In this document: piece after piece, positions 62,901 through 64,000 of the stretch | Layout of the letters: each line of letters begins with the position of its first letter | Numbering within the stretch: position 1 is the stretch's first letter | Source: Tricharina praecox | Lineage: Eukaryota | DNA length: 64,000 nt | Assembly: GCF_024521635.1 (NCBI RefSeq) | Contig: NW_026250409.1 | Location: 372,001-436,000, forward strand | Direction: 5' to 3' | The notes under the pieces: generated by a model | What the model saw: the letters and a program-made list of their open reading frames with translations, nothing else | What the model was told of the DNA's origin: nothing | Databases searched by the model: none | Position numbers and translations under genes: made by a program

Positions 62901-64000
62901 AATCACAGCAAAAAGCAAACACTATGTGCAGACTTCGACACTTATGTAGAGCAGAACCGACCCCGCCCATGGGCCCGGTAGCCGTATTTATGTAGAGTAT
63001 CTAGAGCCCCTTCAATCCTCAGGCTTCAGCCCCCGCCCCCACCTCTACATTGCCCGCACGCACGCAATCTTATCTTATCACAGTCGACGCCCTGCAAGAT
63101 GCCACCCACATCAGCATCAGAGGAGCCTAAAGGACCAAGTTCCAACTTTACCAGAGTACTCTATTACCATTCCATCCGAAGAAAACCCAAACCGCCGTCT
63201 TAATTTTCCGTCCAATTCATTTCTTTCATTTCTTTCGTCCCTTTCATCCCTCGGCCCCGCCAGAGTAAATCATACGAAATCATATGATTCCCCGAGCGTC
63301 CGCGGCCGGCTGCAATTTGCCTCTCTCTCTCTCTTTCTTTTTACCCCCTCCCCCATTCGGAATTTCCCAAAATCTGCCCTCTTGTAGTTAACCTACCTAC
63401 CCTTACTCTGGGTCTCTAGGTAGGTAGAGTACTGCCGGATCTTCGCGAAGGTAAGTTAGTCCCGAAGTGGGACTGCGGCGGCTAACTATGGCTATGGAAG
63501 TATCTACCGAGCTCTGAGCTCTCTCTCGTTTTCGTTCGGGAGGAGCCAGGAGGAGGAAAAGAGGGAAAAGAAAGAAAGTTTGCGTCCGCACCGACGAATT
63601 CAGCCTGCGTTCTCCGAATGCAGCGCGGCGGGGCGTACGGGGCGGGGCGTACGGTATGTGGTAGGTATGTGGGACGGTCGCGCACATGGCCCGGTGGTAC
63701 GGAAAGGCGTTCGAATCAGAATGTAGAGCAGGTACATAAGGACATGAGGGGTGGGGCATATAGGAACATACATACGTGCGGAGTACATACTTACGCACGC
63801 ACATGACGGCAGCGGCGGGCAGGAAGCGAATTGCGAATGTACTAGTTACTTTGCGGTACCAGTGTTTCCGTGAGTAGGTACCGGTGGGTATGGGTATGTG
63901 TGATGTCCCTTATCGTGATGTGATGTCTCGAGGCTTTGCAGGGGAAAGAACAAAATCCGAATCGGCAGCCAGCCAGCCAGCCAGGCAATAATCCTCCGCC

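Noticed and set aside
1..64000. tRNA, 5S rRNA or snoRNA genes
   Set aside because: GTTCGAA hits (e.g. ~48911, ~61350, ~62740) lack cloverleaf context by eye; tRNAscan-SE or Infernal would be needed to exclude them fully.

Overview
This is eukaryotic DNA from a filamentous ascomycete. The short GT-AG introns with CTRAC branch points, the gene families and the microsatellite-rich spacers suggest a Pezizomycotina fungus, possibly Pezizomycetes (inference). Nine intact gene models could be built by hand with frame-consistent exons: eIF6/TIF6, an F-box-like+ankyrin gene, RAD23, a secreted GH5 endoglucanase, a 4-TM hypothetical protein, a 1183-aa RG/AT-hook-like hypothetical protein, a small Cys-rich GPI-type protein, a Ksp1/Ran1-like kinase and a conserved 663-aa fungal hypothetical protein. 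There is also a HeLo-like+ankyrin gene broken by three in-frame stops. Mobile DNA includes a non-autonomous hAT derivative (two copies), a Mutator-like MITE with 54-bp perfect TIRs and a 9-bp TSD, a three-copy dispersed repeat ending at a branch-point/acceptor motif, and a degenerate tandem array at the window start. The most notable signals are (i) an AUG-depleted ~1.75-kb stretch upstream of the kinase with an intron and two micro-uORFs, followed by ~14 kb without recognisable genes, (ii) the frameshift-free triple-stop NLR-like gene, and (iii) the same hAT end extending two different ORFs in the same frame. I found no tRNA, rRNA or CRISPR array. All family assignments come from recalled motifs; no database search was run.
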